The notes below the pieces were generated by a model that worked only from the letters and a program-made list of their open reading frames with translations, had not been told where the DNA came from and did no database searches. A DNA stretch of 64,000 bases from Blepharisma stoltei ATCC 30299 (Eukaryota > Protista > Ciliophora), in assembly GCA_965603825.1 (NCBI GenBank), contig CBFDEM010000039.1, forward strand, positions 434,001-498,000, written 5' to 3'. Position numbers and translations under genes: made by a program. Position 1 is the first letter of the stretch; each line of letters begins with the position of its first letter. Positions 24,301 to 35,913 of this stretch are shown in pieces.

Positions 24301-24892
24301 TCTTCTTTTTCCATGATTCCAGGCTCCCTTCAGATTCTTCTTGATTTTTATTGCCAATTTCTACCACTGGCAAATCTTCTCTTCATCTGTTATCATTTCT
24401 CTCGTTGCTTGAAGACCTCACATACCTACTCTTAAAATTTCCCCAATAAAAAGCTTTACTTCTTTCTATTTTTGGTCTTTTTAATTCACTTATGTCAGGC
24501 AAGTTATCTCTGATTTTAGAAAGAGATTCTCTGGCTCGCTTCTGTCTTAAGCAAAGGTGAATTAATTGATTTCCTTCTATTTGGGATTTTATTTGATTAC
24601 TTAGATCACTTTTTTCATTTAATTCCATTACCACATGCAAAGTATTTTTCTCAAAAAAGGAGTCAAAATATCTAAATGAATCCTGCTGCTTTAAGTTTGT
24701 CAAGATTTTCACTTCATTTATTAATTCCTGCTGATTTCTTTTCTCAGATTGAGGGATTTTAACCACTTTCATAGCATAAGTGCTATTGTCAGCTGCCTAA
24801 ATATTACATTTCCTAACAACTTTTAAGAGGTTTCTAGACTTATCGAGATCTCCAATAATCTCATAGTCATTAGCGCGTGATTTTTCAGCCAT
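21332..24892 (-). CDS. NEK-derived N-lobe-only pseudokinase fused to Phe-motif repeat region (~1181 aa, 2 exons)
   Basis: ATG 24892, intron 24793-24807, TGA 24383; INEVKIL..RYFDSFFEKNTLHVVME..SDLSNQI matches the neighbouring NEK; 7 copies of SFFVxNx(2-3)[ED][IV]Px[ED]D[PS]GF. Confidence 0.82.
22094..22429 (-). repeat. Coding tandem repeat, 8 x 42 nt (14 aa, KPKEGSLFxxKxxx), with 84-nt higher-order dimers
   Basis: Visible in DNA and protein: KPKGGSLFDIKSEG/KSTGGSLFDLKYDE/KPKEGSLFDIKSEG/RSTGGSLFDLKYDE... Confidence 0.9.
22860..23215 (-). repeat. Coding SLF repeats (19-aa x2 and 13-14-aa x4-5 units)
   Basis: KSLFDKxAPSLFSxQ twice; SLFSAQPISDKPSS-type units. Confidence 0.75.
24793..24807 (-). 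other. 15-nt intron GTAATATTTAGGCAG
   Basis: Same position and phase as NEK intron 21030-21045, first 10 nt identical. Confidence 0.88.
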
Positions 24893-25007
24893 CTTATAAG
24901 CTTTAATAAATTATTTTCATATTTTATGGCAGAAGCAATTGTGTAGTTACTTAATTTTGCTATAGAGAGTCATAATTTAATTTTTCGTAATGAGCTTAGT
25001 ATTATAA

Positions 25008-26670
25008 ATGTATCAGCTTATTGAAGGATCTGAGCCTCTTCCACTCACACCAGAATTAACAACCTTCTTTGAATGGGCTCGCTCTAGAGGCGTTAGGTGG
25101 GATAAAATAGAATATCCTGTGCTTTTCCCGCCTGGGTATATTGGCACAAGAGCAACTGATACAATTTATCCAAATGAAGTTATTATATCAGCCCCAAATA
25201 GTGCTTTATTCACAACAGAAACAGTCAAAAGAAGCGATTTAGCAAACTTAATAAGCCAATGCCCAGATCTTTTTGAAGAAACCAATTCTTATTACGATTA
25301 TATGCTTTTAATCACCTATATCCTCTGGGAAAAAAACAAAGGCAATACATCAGAATGGGCTCCATTCCTCAGCGTGCAGCCAAAAAACCCAGAAACAATT
25401 CAAGACTGGAGCCCTGAGGAGCTAAAAGAGCTTCAAGACCCTGATTTAGAGTATGATTCAGAAAAGCATTTTACCTATCACCATTATGCTTATACTCTAT
25501 GAAGGCAAAATCTCTCAAAATTCGAGGAATTCCCACAGGATTTATTAACGTTTAAAAATTTTATATGGGCTTGGAGACTGATAGGGACAAGGACTTTTGG
25601 AAAATTTGTCCCACATGTAACATTTTTCCCTGTCGGCGAGTTTTTGAATCATGATAATACTGAGACTTATTATTGTTATGTCGCACCTGATGAAACCCCT
25701 GATTCATCAGGTAGATATAATGGCTATGAAGATTATGAAGACCATGATGATCGAATTTGTGAAAGAGACCTTTTAATTCGTTATTCATATCATATTTTAG
25801 TAGAAGCCAACCAAAACTTAGCTCCATTAGAAGATACTGATATCTATAAAGAAATACAAACAGAAGCTTGAACCTTAGATAGGAAAGATGAAATCGAAAA
25901 TAGACGAAAAAATGATTGAAAGCCGCTTTCTGACACTTTGATTGAAGGAGATAATAAATGCATGCAAATGGTAGCTGGCCCTACTGAAAAATATGAAAAA
26001 GGATCTGAAATATACATGAGCTATGGAAGATACTCGAACAGGCAACTGTTGTGTGTATATGGTTTTGCTTTAAGAGATAACAAATATAACTATGCCAGAA
26101 TTAAAGTAAAATTTGAAAGATTTACCAAAAATCCAGCGATTGTTGAATTTTTAGAAAAAAAAGAAATAAATGAGCTTATTCCATTTAAGCTAAAACATCA
26201 TGAATTGTGCCTAGGTAGCATATAAACAGATATCTTTAGAATTATAAGAGCTTTAAATTGGGACAGCAGCAAGCCAAAAGAAGCCTTTTTCAACCCTGCC
26301 TCGCTGAACTACGAAGTCAGCGTGCTTAACCATGCCTTATCCATCCTTCAAGCTGAGCTCGCAGAGTTCCCAACTACTTTAGAAGCAGATTTTTCTCTTT
26401 TTGACCAAGTTTCCACACCTCATTTTTATTTTGCTGTAATTCATAATCAAGCTTGTTTATAGAAGTGAAAGGAAAAAAATAATCCACAGCCACATCAATT
26501 TGATTAATATTTGCATAGTCGTTTTGACAAGAATGATAGAAGGCCAGCCATTAAGCCAAGCCTTAGAAATTGTGGAAGACTTCGAAAACGACATAGGTAA
26601 TACTAATTCAGAATATCCAAACAATAGAAAAGTGCTGAGCTCATATATTTCAACTTTTCAATTTAACTAA
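25008..26670 (+). CDS. SET-domain protein lysine methyltransferase, Rubisco LSMT/SETD3-like (3 exons)
   Basis: WAWRLIGTRTF, PVGEFLNH, SYGRYSNRQLLCVYGF, FPTTLEAD, ALVYRSERKKII; TGAs 25500, 25869, 25917; introns 26215-26229 and 26436-26451. Confidence 0.9.
26215..26229 (+). other. 15-nt intron GTAGCATATAAACAG
   Basis: GT-AG, A10, removes TAA. Confidence 0.87.
26436..26451 (+). other. 16-nt intron GTAATTCATAATCAAG
   Basis: Removal restores the LSMT-type ALVYRSERKKI frame. Confidence 0.85.
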
Positions 26671-26720
26671 TTCTATTAACTTATAAGATTTCAGCTGACC
26701 CTAACTGCAGAAACCTGAAA

Positions 26721-27545
26721 TTACCTCAGATTTGCTGGTTTTTTCGGCTTTTTAGTGATGCTTTCCATTGCTTGTCTTTTTACGCTGAATTCTTTGACGA
26801 GTTTTTGCTTTTCGATTTTCTGCTGGTTTATAAGGTCATTTCTTACGTTGTTATATCTTTTTTTCAAAATTTCAATCTCTTTGTCCCACTGGGCTTTTTT
26901 TAGCTGTCTTTGTCTATTTATCAATTACTTTTCAAGCTTATCCAGCAGTGAGTTAAGCTCTTTTTCTTGTTTTTCTATTAATTTTTCTATATTTTCAGCT
27001 CATTTATCCTTTAACTTCCCATCAATTTTCCCTTGCCAGCCACTTTCAGCCTCAATTAAGTTCATTTTGATTTTCTTTGCAGCCATATATTCTCCAGCAG
27101 ACGCTAACGAGTCAACTCTTTTTCTAAGATTAAGTATTTCTGAAGGAGGATGCTGCTTTATTTTTTCTATTTCTCTTTCTTTTCTGTCTCTAAGTTCTTC
27201 CATTTCTCTTCTATGTTTGTCTCTGAGTTCTATAACTGCACTTCTTACACTGTCTTCAAATCTGGGCATAAGATCGGTTTCCCAAATTTCATTTAATTTC
27301 TCTATTTCCATTTTATGGGCTTCAACAAGGCCTGCTTTTTCAGCTTGGTGCTTTGCTTGGAGATAATCTTTTTTGGCTTTTTCTTCATGAGCTCGCAATT
27401 CTAAGATTCGTAAACGAGTTAGTTCAGCTTCATCATAGCGGCCTTCTCTTTGGCAACTTTTGCGGTGAGTTTCGAGGATTTGAAAGAAGTCATCTGAGTT
27501 TAATTTCATATCAGCAAATATGCTGATAGGGTCTTCTGGGTCCAT
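26721..27545 (-). CDS. Coiled-coil hypothetical protein (2 exons)
   Basis: TGA 27000 read through; intron 26914-26928 joins ORF 26721..26924. Confidence 0.8.
26914..26928 (-). other. 15-nt intron GTAATTGATAAATAG
   Basis: GT-AG, A10, removes TAA. Confidence 0.85.
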
Positions 27546-27717
27546 TTTAATTAATTTTATAAAGGATTTCTAATGAAACCTCCATACGCCTCATATATAT
27601 TGATTTTTACCAGATTTAATGCTCAATGAAAAACTTATACAGCAGACATTTTAACATTATTAAGTCTTTAGAATTGATACCATATAATGTGTCTGTAGTT
27701 TTTAAATTATATATAGC

Positions 27718-28905
27718 TTATTCCTCCTCACAATCGCACGAATTTGTAGGAGTAATTTCTTGATTAAGAACTTCATCAATATCATCGAGCCTTGTATTCC
27801 CAAACAGCAGCCTTGACGAATTTTCATTGATTCTCTCAAAGATAATTTTCTTTATATTTCGCCATTTCATAATTTCATCAGGGTCAAGCTTCGAATAGCA
27901 AGCTTGACATCTATCATTAATTGCCATATCTGGAGTGCACGGGCACATTTCTTCAAATGACAATTCAATCGCAAATTGGTCTGAAACTTTTTTGCTATAC
28001 GCAAATTTAAAAGGGTCAATTTCACTTTTTTCAAGTCTTAAAATGCCGCTAGGCTCAATAAATCCTGTATTAAAGGAAAACCTACAGACAGTTTTTTGTT
28101 TTATAGCTCCCCAATGGGATATTTTACACAAAATGTCCCCTTGTAAAGCAAGCTCGTCATTAAAGATCTCATGGTATCTGATGTCTTCTCATGAGTCCAA
28201 TATGCTTTTTTGGTCTTCTCTGTGGTCTGCTTTGTTTGTGTATAGTGCAGTTTTTCCGCTTGAAATTTCGATAATTGGCTTGCAAGAAATACCAGCAGAG
28301 TGCGGGGAGGTAAGGAGACGGATTTTTGTGAGTTTGGAGACTACAGGACATTTGACCCTCCCATGGAAAATTTCTGCAAAATATCGGACGTAGCGGATTT
28401 GTGAGGGCTGCTGGACCCCACCACCTTTGACAAAGCGCTTTCTTCGGTAGTAAGTTAGAGCTTGATCTGGATCTGAGAATCGGCCTGAGTATATCAAATA
28501 ACAACAAATTAGGGTCCCAGTCCGACCTTTACCAGCTCGACAGTTAACGGCGACAATATGGTCAATGGACTCAGCAAGCCAAAAATGCATTTCTTGGCAA
28601 GCTTTAAATAAGAGCTCAATTGGAGGAGGGTAATGATCAGACCATGGGAACTCTTTGACATTGTGGTCAAATTTGGCATAGTCATACTGGATTCCGCTGA
28701 GATTTAAAATCATGTAATTGCCTTTGTGGTGTTCATTTAAAAATTTAGAAACTGATTCGAGTGGATTTCTGTAGATTTTGGTAAGTCCTTCACCTGGAAT
28801 TGCCATTGCAATTATTCGCTCTGTGATGTATGAGAGGTCAAGGTTATACCCGTCTTCACGATATCTTTTCTTTTGTCCTGAGACTAAGGATCTGAGGTAA
28901 TTCAT
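27718..28905 (-). CDS. PTEN: PTEN-like phosphoinositide phosphatase (phosphatase + C2)
   Basis: KKRYREDGYNLDLSYIT, NCRAGKGRTG, PSQIRYV, C2 CRFSFNTGFI; joined through TGA 28189. Confidence 0.92.
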
Positions 28906-29123
28906 CTTGTGGAAAAAATGGAATATATTAGGTTATCGATGTGGCGTTTCATCAGAAGATCGATTATAATAAACATACTTTAATTTCGGCATATATTTTA
29001 TGAAATTATATGCTGGCTTATAAGTAGAGGAAAAGGACTAGAATAATAAAAAAATAAAACATTTTTATAAACGTTAAATTTTCTACTGACTATTTAACGA
29101 AAATTAAATCTAAATATGTTATT

Positions 29124-31328
29124 TTATGAACGTGCTTTTTCTAGAATTGGCCTGACTTTTCTTAATGGAGAAGCGATAGGCTTAAGAGGAGAGCCTGAAG
29201 ATATAGCTTCTACCGTTCCTTTTATAATTCGAGACGCCCTTTGAGGCGACATCCCGATATCTGGGGCACTTAAAAACCTAGACAAAGACTTCGTAAAAGC
29301 AGGGCCTGCTTCTGTAAGCACAGATTCTTGCTTTTCTAGCTCCAATGGAGTATAGATTTCAATGAACTCGTCAATCCCCATAAACCCTCCTCCTACCCTT
29401 ATAACGATCTGCCCTTGTTCAAGCTTCAAGAAAATTCTTTTTGTTCCAAATAAATAAATCCCTTCATCTTCACGAGTAAATGGCACAGGTATGACATCAA
29501 CCATTGTGTTTAAAAACTCGCTTAAGGCAATATCAATTGGATCGTCTTTTTCAGGGACATAAATTGGGTTTCTTTTTTTAACGTCTCCCATTGTTGCTTT
29601 TAGGCTGCCAATTTCAATATCTTTTTCATCAATGGAGTCTATCATTGATTCTAAATTGTTAGCTTCTTCTAGGATATTTTTGCTTTCTGTAGCTGCATAT
29701 TGAGAGCCGTTTTCTAGTTCTCTAAAAAGTGACCCTTTTATATAATTTATATTTTTTTGCAGTTTTGAGACTTCTTCAGTCATAACTCCTAAATCTGCTC
29801 TAATGCAGCAAACTTGTTCCATTACAATCTGCTTATTGGTCGACATATATTTATTTTTCTGTAGCTCAATTATCTGGATTTCTCTCAACCCAATTTCTTG
29901 TTCAGCAGTATGGAGAGACTGTGCTGCACTTTTTTTTGATGCGAAAAGATTTTTTTGTTTTTGTTTATAATGGTCAGCTTCAGAATTTATGCTGGAAGAA
30001 AACTGATAAAGGTCTCTTTGAGCTTGTTCTCGAATAGATGACTTTGAAGAAGAAATGGCTGATGAGTCTTGAAGATACTGCTTTAGGTTTCTATCGCCTG
30101 ACATTTGCTGCTTAAGCTCTGCAATGCGCTTTTCCAGCTGCTCATTTTGTAATAAAATTGATTTTGTTTGAGAATTTGTATCAGAAAGCTCTTGTTTTGC
30201 AATTTCGATGTCATGGCTGAGGGAATTTTTTTGCTTTTGTGAATTTTCGATTATTGTTTGCATGTTTGCTGAAGATTTCTCAGATTTTTCTTTGAGTTCC
30301 TCATTCCGTTGCTTATAGCTACTTACAAGTCCTTGTAATGATTTTACTGTTTTACCAAAGTCTTTATTTCTTACATTTTCAGCTTGGATTGCCAAATTCT
30401 GCCTTTTAATTTCTTCTACATCTTTAATGAAATCTTCTATTTCCCATTCAGATTTCCTTATTTTTTCAATTTCTTCTAACAATTCCTTTGCAATTATTTC
30501 TCTCTGCAATTGGATTTCTTTTAATTTTGCACTTTTTCCTTCTAAATTTCCTGATAACGTATTTACTGCTGATTGAGTTTGATCTTCCAGCTCTTTTCGT
30601 TCATTTATTTTTGTGTTTAGTTTATTTACAACATATGGTAAATCCAGCGAAGTGGCATGCTTAGACCTTATTTCTTCACCCAAAATTTTTATTAATTTTC
30701 GCATTTGAGTAGGCCCACTTTCAATTAATTTTTCAAGATTCAGCTCTTCTAAGCCGGGATAGAGTGACAAGCTTTGTTCAGCTACAAATCTGTTTTGTGG
30801 CTCGGAGTCTAGTGTAATTCTAATCAATTCATTTTCTCTTTCATCAATAGGGTATTCCCTATCAATTTTTATTTTCTGAATATCGCCTTGGCTTTCAGCT
30901 TTATTATCTACTAATGCGCATAAATAAGCACATTTTGAGTCAAACTCTCCTGGCTCTTTATTTTTTTGAGATTTCATAGGAGTTACCTCGACTTCTTTGA
31001 TTTTTAAATTTGCTGAAAGTTTGATTTTGACGTCCTTGACTTGTTCTTGATTGATTTTTATCCATTTATCGATTTTTCCTTGCAATTTTTCACCGAATAA
31101 AGTTACCAAAGACATTTGGCAGCCTCCAATTGCGTTGTTTCTATACAGCAACGTTATTGAAAGCTTTGTGAGATTTGATATGGTATCTAGAGTAATAATT
31201 AAAGGCTTGAGCCCGTCTAAAATATTTTCATAGTTTTCTATATTGACTCTGCAGCAAGTGAGTCCATGTGGAAGTCCTGTGACTTCTTTTAGATCTAACT
31301 GTAATTCATAGGATTTCTTGATTTCCAT
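29124..31328 (-). CDS. Coiled-coil protein with C-terminal GAS2/GAR domain (C2-like N-terminus)
   Basis: GIYLFGTKRIFLK...IRVGGGFMGIDEFI is the GAS2 signature. Confidence 0.85.
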   Translation of the reverse strand: MEIKKSYELQLDLKEVTGLPHGLTCCRVNIENYENILDGLKPLIITLDTISNLTKLSITLLYRNNAIGGCQMSLVTLFGEKLQGKIDKWIKINQEQVKDVKIKLSANLKIKEVEVTPMKSQKNKEPGEFDSKCAYLCALVDNKAESQGDIQKIKIDREYPIDERENELIRITLDSEPQNRFVAEQSLSLYPGLEELNLEKLIESGPTQMRKLIKILGEEIRSKHATSLDLPYVVNKLNTKINERKELEDQTQSAVNTLSGNLEGKSAKLKEIQLQREIIAKELLEEIEKIRKSEWEIEDFIKDVEEIKRQNLAIQAENVRNKDFGKTVKSLQGLVSSYKQRNEELKEKSEKSSANMQTIIENSQKQKNSLSHDIEIAKQELSDTNSQTKSILLQNEQLEKRIAELKQQMSGDRNLKQYLQDSSAISSSKSSIREQAQRDLYQFSSSINSEADHYKQKQKNLFASKKSAAQSLHTAEQEIGLREIQIIELQKNKYMSTNKQIVMEQVCCIRADLGVMTEEVSKLQKNINYIKGSLFRELENGSQYAATESKNILEEANNLESMIDSIDEKDIEIGSLKATMGDVKKRNPIYVPEKDDPIDIALSEFLNTMVDVIPVPFTREDEGIYLFGTKRIFLKLEQGQIVIRVGGGFMGIDEFIEIYTPLELEKQESVLTEAGPAFTKSLSRFLSAPDIGMSPQRASRIIKGTVEAISSGSPLKPIASPLRKVRPILEKARS

Positions 31329-31570
31329 TTTAACTGTATATTTTCAATTTTTCAACTTTTTTTAATTAAATACTAAGACTATGAAGAAATTTTTAATTTA
31401 ATTTATTTACATTTTTATATTGAAGTAAAAATTTTAAGCACAAAAAAATTGAATTTAATCAAAAATAATTACTGTCACAAAAAAATCAATAAAGCAGAAT
31501 TTTATCATTAAAATAAATAATAATTCTTGAATTTCTCAAAAATAAAATTGGGGGTAAATATAAATTAAAA

Positions 31571-32146
31571 ATGGTATCAATCCAAACTGCTCTCGAAACA
31601 ATCAACCTTGAAAAGTATGCTGAATCATTCAATAATTCAGGAATTACAAGTCTAGATGAACTTCTTGCACTTTCTGTTGATCAGCTTACCACACTTATGA
31701 ACGGAATCGGCATGCTGAAAGGACACACTTTTAAGCTCAAAAAGTTCGTTGACGATACCAGACAAAGAGGCTTCAATCCAAACCCTCCAGCACCTACCAC
31801 TATCATTCCGCCTCAGCCTGCACAAGTAGCAGCTAAAGATCCTCCAGTTTTTAATGGGAATGGACAAGCCCAAGCTAATCCATCTCCTTCTAAGTCAGCC
31901 CCCAAAAATGAGACTCCTGAAGCTATTAATCCGTCTCTCCTTTCAAACCAAATGGATAGCCTAACTAAACAGCTTAATGGGATTGTAACACTGCAAGATC
32001 AAGTCTCAAACACTCTTAAAGCTATTATGGAGGTTGACTTAAGCAAGTATAAACAAGCCATTGAAGAGATGGAGCAAATTCAAGCTTCAATTAAAGCTCA
32101 CCTTGAAAAGCCGGAAGTCGAAAAAGATGTTGAAATGCAAGCTTAA
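31571..32146 (+). CDS. SAM-domain protein
   Basis: LETINLEKYAESF..GITSLDELL..L..IGMLKGHTFKL; Pro-rich linker; coiled coil. Confidence 0.8.
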   Translation: MVSIQTALETINLEKYAESFNNSGITSLDELLALSVDQLTTLMNGIGMLKGHTFKLKKFVDDTRQRGFNPNPPAPTTIIPPQPAQVAAKDPPVFNGNGQAQANPSPSKSAPKNETPEAINPSLLSNQMDSLTKQLNGIVTLQDQVSNTLKAIMEVDLSKYKQAIEEMEQIQASIKAHLEKPEVEKDVEMQA

Positions 32147-32494
32147 TAATAAAAATTGGTTTCATGTTAAATTTTAATATTTTACCATTTTATAAAAAAT
32201 AGGAAGAGAATTATTAAAATGAATCGGTAATGATTTAGAGCTTTGCACAAATAGCAGTCTGGTGAAGATTATTAAAAACCTCAAAGAAGAAAATTATTAA
32301 AACATTTGCAGAACCTATAAAAGAGCCCTGGTTTCACCTTTAAAATATCTCCATTCTAAGTTAATTATCTCAATTAAACATTTAAAAATTATCTTAATAT
32401 CAATTATTTTTCTTTGAATAGAAGAAAATTTAATCTAAAAATTGCACTTCAAAGCTTTAGAGCAAATTATAAATAAAAAATAATTGTTTTTATT

Positions 32495-32562
32495 TGTGAT
32501 TACTAAATGCTAAGAATAAGCTTTTCACAAAGTTGATTATTCTTAGCATTTGGTGCTTCACA
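32495..32562 (+). repeat. Intergenic inverted repeat / hairpin
   Basis: Perfect 15-bp arms AAATGCTAAGAATAA (32505-32519) and TTATTCTTAGCATTT (32537-32551), extended by G-U pairs and TGTGA/TCACA. Confidence 0.85.
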
Positions 32563-32637
32563 CCAGCCCTCAAAGTGTTTGAAGACAATTTTCTATTGCT
32601 TTTAATCTAAAAAATAATTCAAACTGATTAAATAATT

Positions 32638-34377
32638 TTATCCTAATTCTGGAACCTCATCTACAATTTTACTGATTTTCCAGAAATTGTTGTCCATAAA
32701 CTCTGTCTCCATAAGCTTCGCAAAAGTATTATCCTTTGGAATTGTTTCCATAAATATATTGCTACTCTTTATCTCCCCTTGTTCTTCTAGTTGATTTATA
32801 ATCATTGGGTCATCAACTTCTTTAATATCAAAAGGATTTTGATTTAAAAAGCTACGTTAACCATACGAAGGCATATCAAAAGCTATTCCTTGTGTTAAAT
32901 CCTGCAAAATATCAATATCATTCTATATAATTCTTACTGCAGAATTTGGTGCAGCGCTGCTCTTTCTATTGCCAAGTGGCACTGACTCAATTTCATTGTA
33001 GATACTTAAAACATGTGACTCAAACTCATACCAGCCTTCAACATGGTTAAAAAAATTTAAAATAACTGTTTGACTCTCTCTGGCAGTCTTTAATAGATTC
33101 GCTATTTTATAGATGTGCCCTATATGCCCTTTTCTTATACTAATCCCATCTATTTCTTCATCTGGCACTATTGCTTGGTCTAAAACCATGTCAGGTATTT
33201 TAGCGTTAAATATATCTTGAATTAATTCTTCTGACTCGCCTGTCAAAATTGCATATAATAAATTCAAATAGGCAGTGTGTAATGTAGAGTTCCATATATA
33301 TGTCTTAAAATGAGCAGTTATCGTCTCAATAAATTTCAAGCTGACAATGGTCTTTCATAATGAATAATTTTCAACTGTGCATAATATTGTGAGTATATCA
33401 ATTACAATTATTTTTTCCTCTGAATACGCCTCGATTTCTCTACAAAATTGTGAGCTTATTTTTTTATCTTTTGGCTTTTCAAGTGTGTTTTTCATAAATT
33501 CCAAATTTTTCTCAAATATCCCAACGATATCAGGGACATCTTCTCCAGAGTCTTTTATTTCTTCAAGATACTGCTTAAGTAAATTTTTTAAAATTTTTGC
33601 TGAAGATCTCGCGATCCAGGTATACTCATTTTCCAAATTTCTAAAAATTTTTTCAGTTATAGCTTCGCTTGATAAATACTCATATAAAGCCACATACAAG
33701 TTAATTGACTTATCATTTATAACTTTTTCCATAACGTACTCTACATTCATGGCTACAGCTGGATTTGTATTTGACAAGCTATTTATAAGCTCTTCCAAAA
33801 TTCCAAGCCTTTCAGACAGATAATCTTCCTCACAGTTATAAGCGGCCACAGTTTTAAAAATGACATCAGCTATAGATTGGCTATAAAGATGTTTCAACAT
33901 TTTTGTATGAAAACTATTAGTAAACACATATTGTAAAAGAGCGTCACAATCTCTGCTTATAAGTGAGTCAAAAGCTTTAGCGAAATACCCAGCAAGCAGA
34001 AAGTTGAGGTCTTCTTCTTTGTTGAGGAAATTAAAAAGCAAATCTAGGAGTGTTTTGTCTTCGTAAAAAAAATCTAAAACTGTGAGTTGGTCTGTGCCAA
34101 AGAAAAGGCTGGCTATAAGAGGAAACTTGTAAGCACGGTCTCTATTTGAGTCGTCTAGAGGTTCTTCTGTTATTAATGTAATTAGATATCTGATGTGATC
34201 ATTTGAGAGACTAAATAGAAATTACTAGCTCATTAAACTTTGGTTATTGGATTGGACTTCTTCTTCAATTGTTGAAAATGAAAGGATTTGCTCGATGGTG
34301 GGCGCGGAAAGCAAAAATTGTTTGAGCTCGTCAGAAGATCCAAACCCTCTCATAGTTCTTGAATGAAAAGATATCAT
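32638..34377 (-). CDS. SIT4/PP6 phosphatase-associated (SAPS) regulatory subunit (4 exons)
   Basis: RAYKFPLIA, LLAGYFAKAF, RKGHIGHIYKIAN, FMDNNFW; introns 34211-34225, 32923-32937, 32852-32866; TGA 33355. Confidence 0.88.
32852..32866 (-). other. 15-nt intron GTATGGTTAACGTAG
   Basis: GT-AG, A10, removes TAA. Confidence 0.85.
32923..32937 (-). other. 15-nt intron GTAAGAATTATATAG
   Basis: GT-AG, A10, removes TAG. Confidence 0.87.
34211..34225 (-). other. 15-nt intron GTAATTTCTATTTAG
   Basis: GT-AG, A10, removes stop codons. Confidence 0.88.
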
Positions 34378-34690
34378 ATTTATTGCACATTTGTAAAAAG
34401 CTTGGTAGAAATAGAAGCCGCATGAAAATTAAGGATAAAAGTCGATTTGTATTAAATCTGATTATTTTAGCTTAATTTTTTAGTGATTATTTATGTAATA
34501 ACCCTTAATCAGTATTCCTAAGATAATCATCTATATTGACAAATCAGCGCAACGATTATTAGTAAATTTATTTGCTTTTGATGATATTGTATTAAAGGAC
34601 TTATTGATAAATAATAATATGCTAAATTTTGGTTAAAGATTAAATATATATGAAAAATTCCTTGGTGGTGCATTATATTGGTGACTATAA

Positions 34691-35845
34691 ATGTGGATCA
34701 AGCTCAGTTTGGCTATTTTAGTCCCATTGATCCTTATCCATGTCTACATTGATTATCAAGTCTTACCAAAAGAAGCTTACTTATCATTTGTAGAGCTAGC
34801 TCAATTTCATGGATACTCAGCATCAACTCATAAAATTACTACAGAAGATGGATACATTCTAACTATGTATCGGCTTTTTAAAGGCCAGCCCAAAGGCAAA
34901 CCAGTTATACTTATGCATGGACTGTTTTCTGCAGCAGATGCTTGGATCTCTAATATGAGGATTAAAGGCCCAGCTTATCAATTAATAGACGCAGGTTTTG
35001 ATGTATGGCTTCCAAATTGCCGTGGATCAATAGACAGCAGATCTCACATTTCATTAGACATAAACTCCCATCAATTTTGGAATTTCAGTGCAATTGATAC
35101 TGGAAGATTTGACCTACCCCCAATAATTTCATTTATAAAATCAGCCACAGGTGTCCAAAAAGTGTCATACGTCGGGCACAGCTTAGGAGGCGCTATTATG
35201 TTATCAATGCTCAGTTTAAATCCAAAATTTGAAAATGACTTAGACATAGTCGTATCACTTGCAGGAGGATCACGATTTTCATGCAATAGTGGCGTGATTC
35301 GATTGGCAATAAATGATTATTTTTTGAAAATGCTGGACTTTTTAGGCATGGACATTATTGTGGAAAGGCCCACTATTTATATGGGGAAGCTCATAAAAGG
35401 ATTCTCATTATACAATTATTGACTATGAAAAGATAATTATGACCCTTATTTAAATGAGGACAGCTTAGATAATACAGCTTATTATTCTTTAAAATATAGT
35501 GCAGGCACTAGTGTCACAAATTTAAAATTTGTAAAGAAGTTTGCGGAAAGCGATACTTATGAAATTAAATTAGAAGATTTTGGGCCTAAAAGAAATTTAG
35601 AGCTTTATGGAAGAGAAGAAGCAGGGCAGCTAGACCATTCAAAAATTAAAATAAAAGTGGCGATTTTTGGAGGAAAACGTGACCATATTGTGACTAATAA
35701 AGATCTTGAAGAGTTTTCAGCATATTTACCAGAAAATTTAATTGTGCATAGAAAATATGATTATGATCAAGACCACAGCTCATTCTTTTATGGCACAAAT
35801 TTGGATTACTTGGAAGATTTAATTAACGTGATTAAGAATGCCTAA
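34691..35845 (+). CDS. Acid lipase (LIPA/LIPF family alpha/beta hydrolase)
   Basis: Signal peptide, TEDGYIL, MHGL, GFDVWL, GHSLG nucleophile; TGAs 35420 and 35426 read through; AGTSV, DH near C-terminus. Confidence 0.92.
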
Positions 35846-35913
35846 TTGGGAAATTTTTTTTGTAAAATTGAAACTATTATTATAAGTATCATAAATAGAT
35901 TAAAATTTCAGCC

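Noticed and set aside
26699-26705. CCCTAAC telomere-like heptamer
   Set aside because: Single partial copy, expected by chance
26705-26724. Possible intron at the 3' end of the 26721..27545 gene
   Set aside because: AG occurs at 10 or 20 nt, not 15-16; TAA at 26721 kept as the stop
32220-32340. Slightly GC-richer intergenic patch as a snoRNA
   Set aside because: No convincing C/D or H/ACA box pair or terminal stem visible
32495-32562. Hairpin as a SECIS element, bacterial terminator or CRISPR repeat
   Set aside because: No RUGA/GA quartet in the right geometry, eukaryotic context, single copy without spacers
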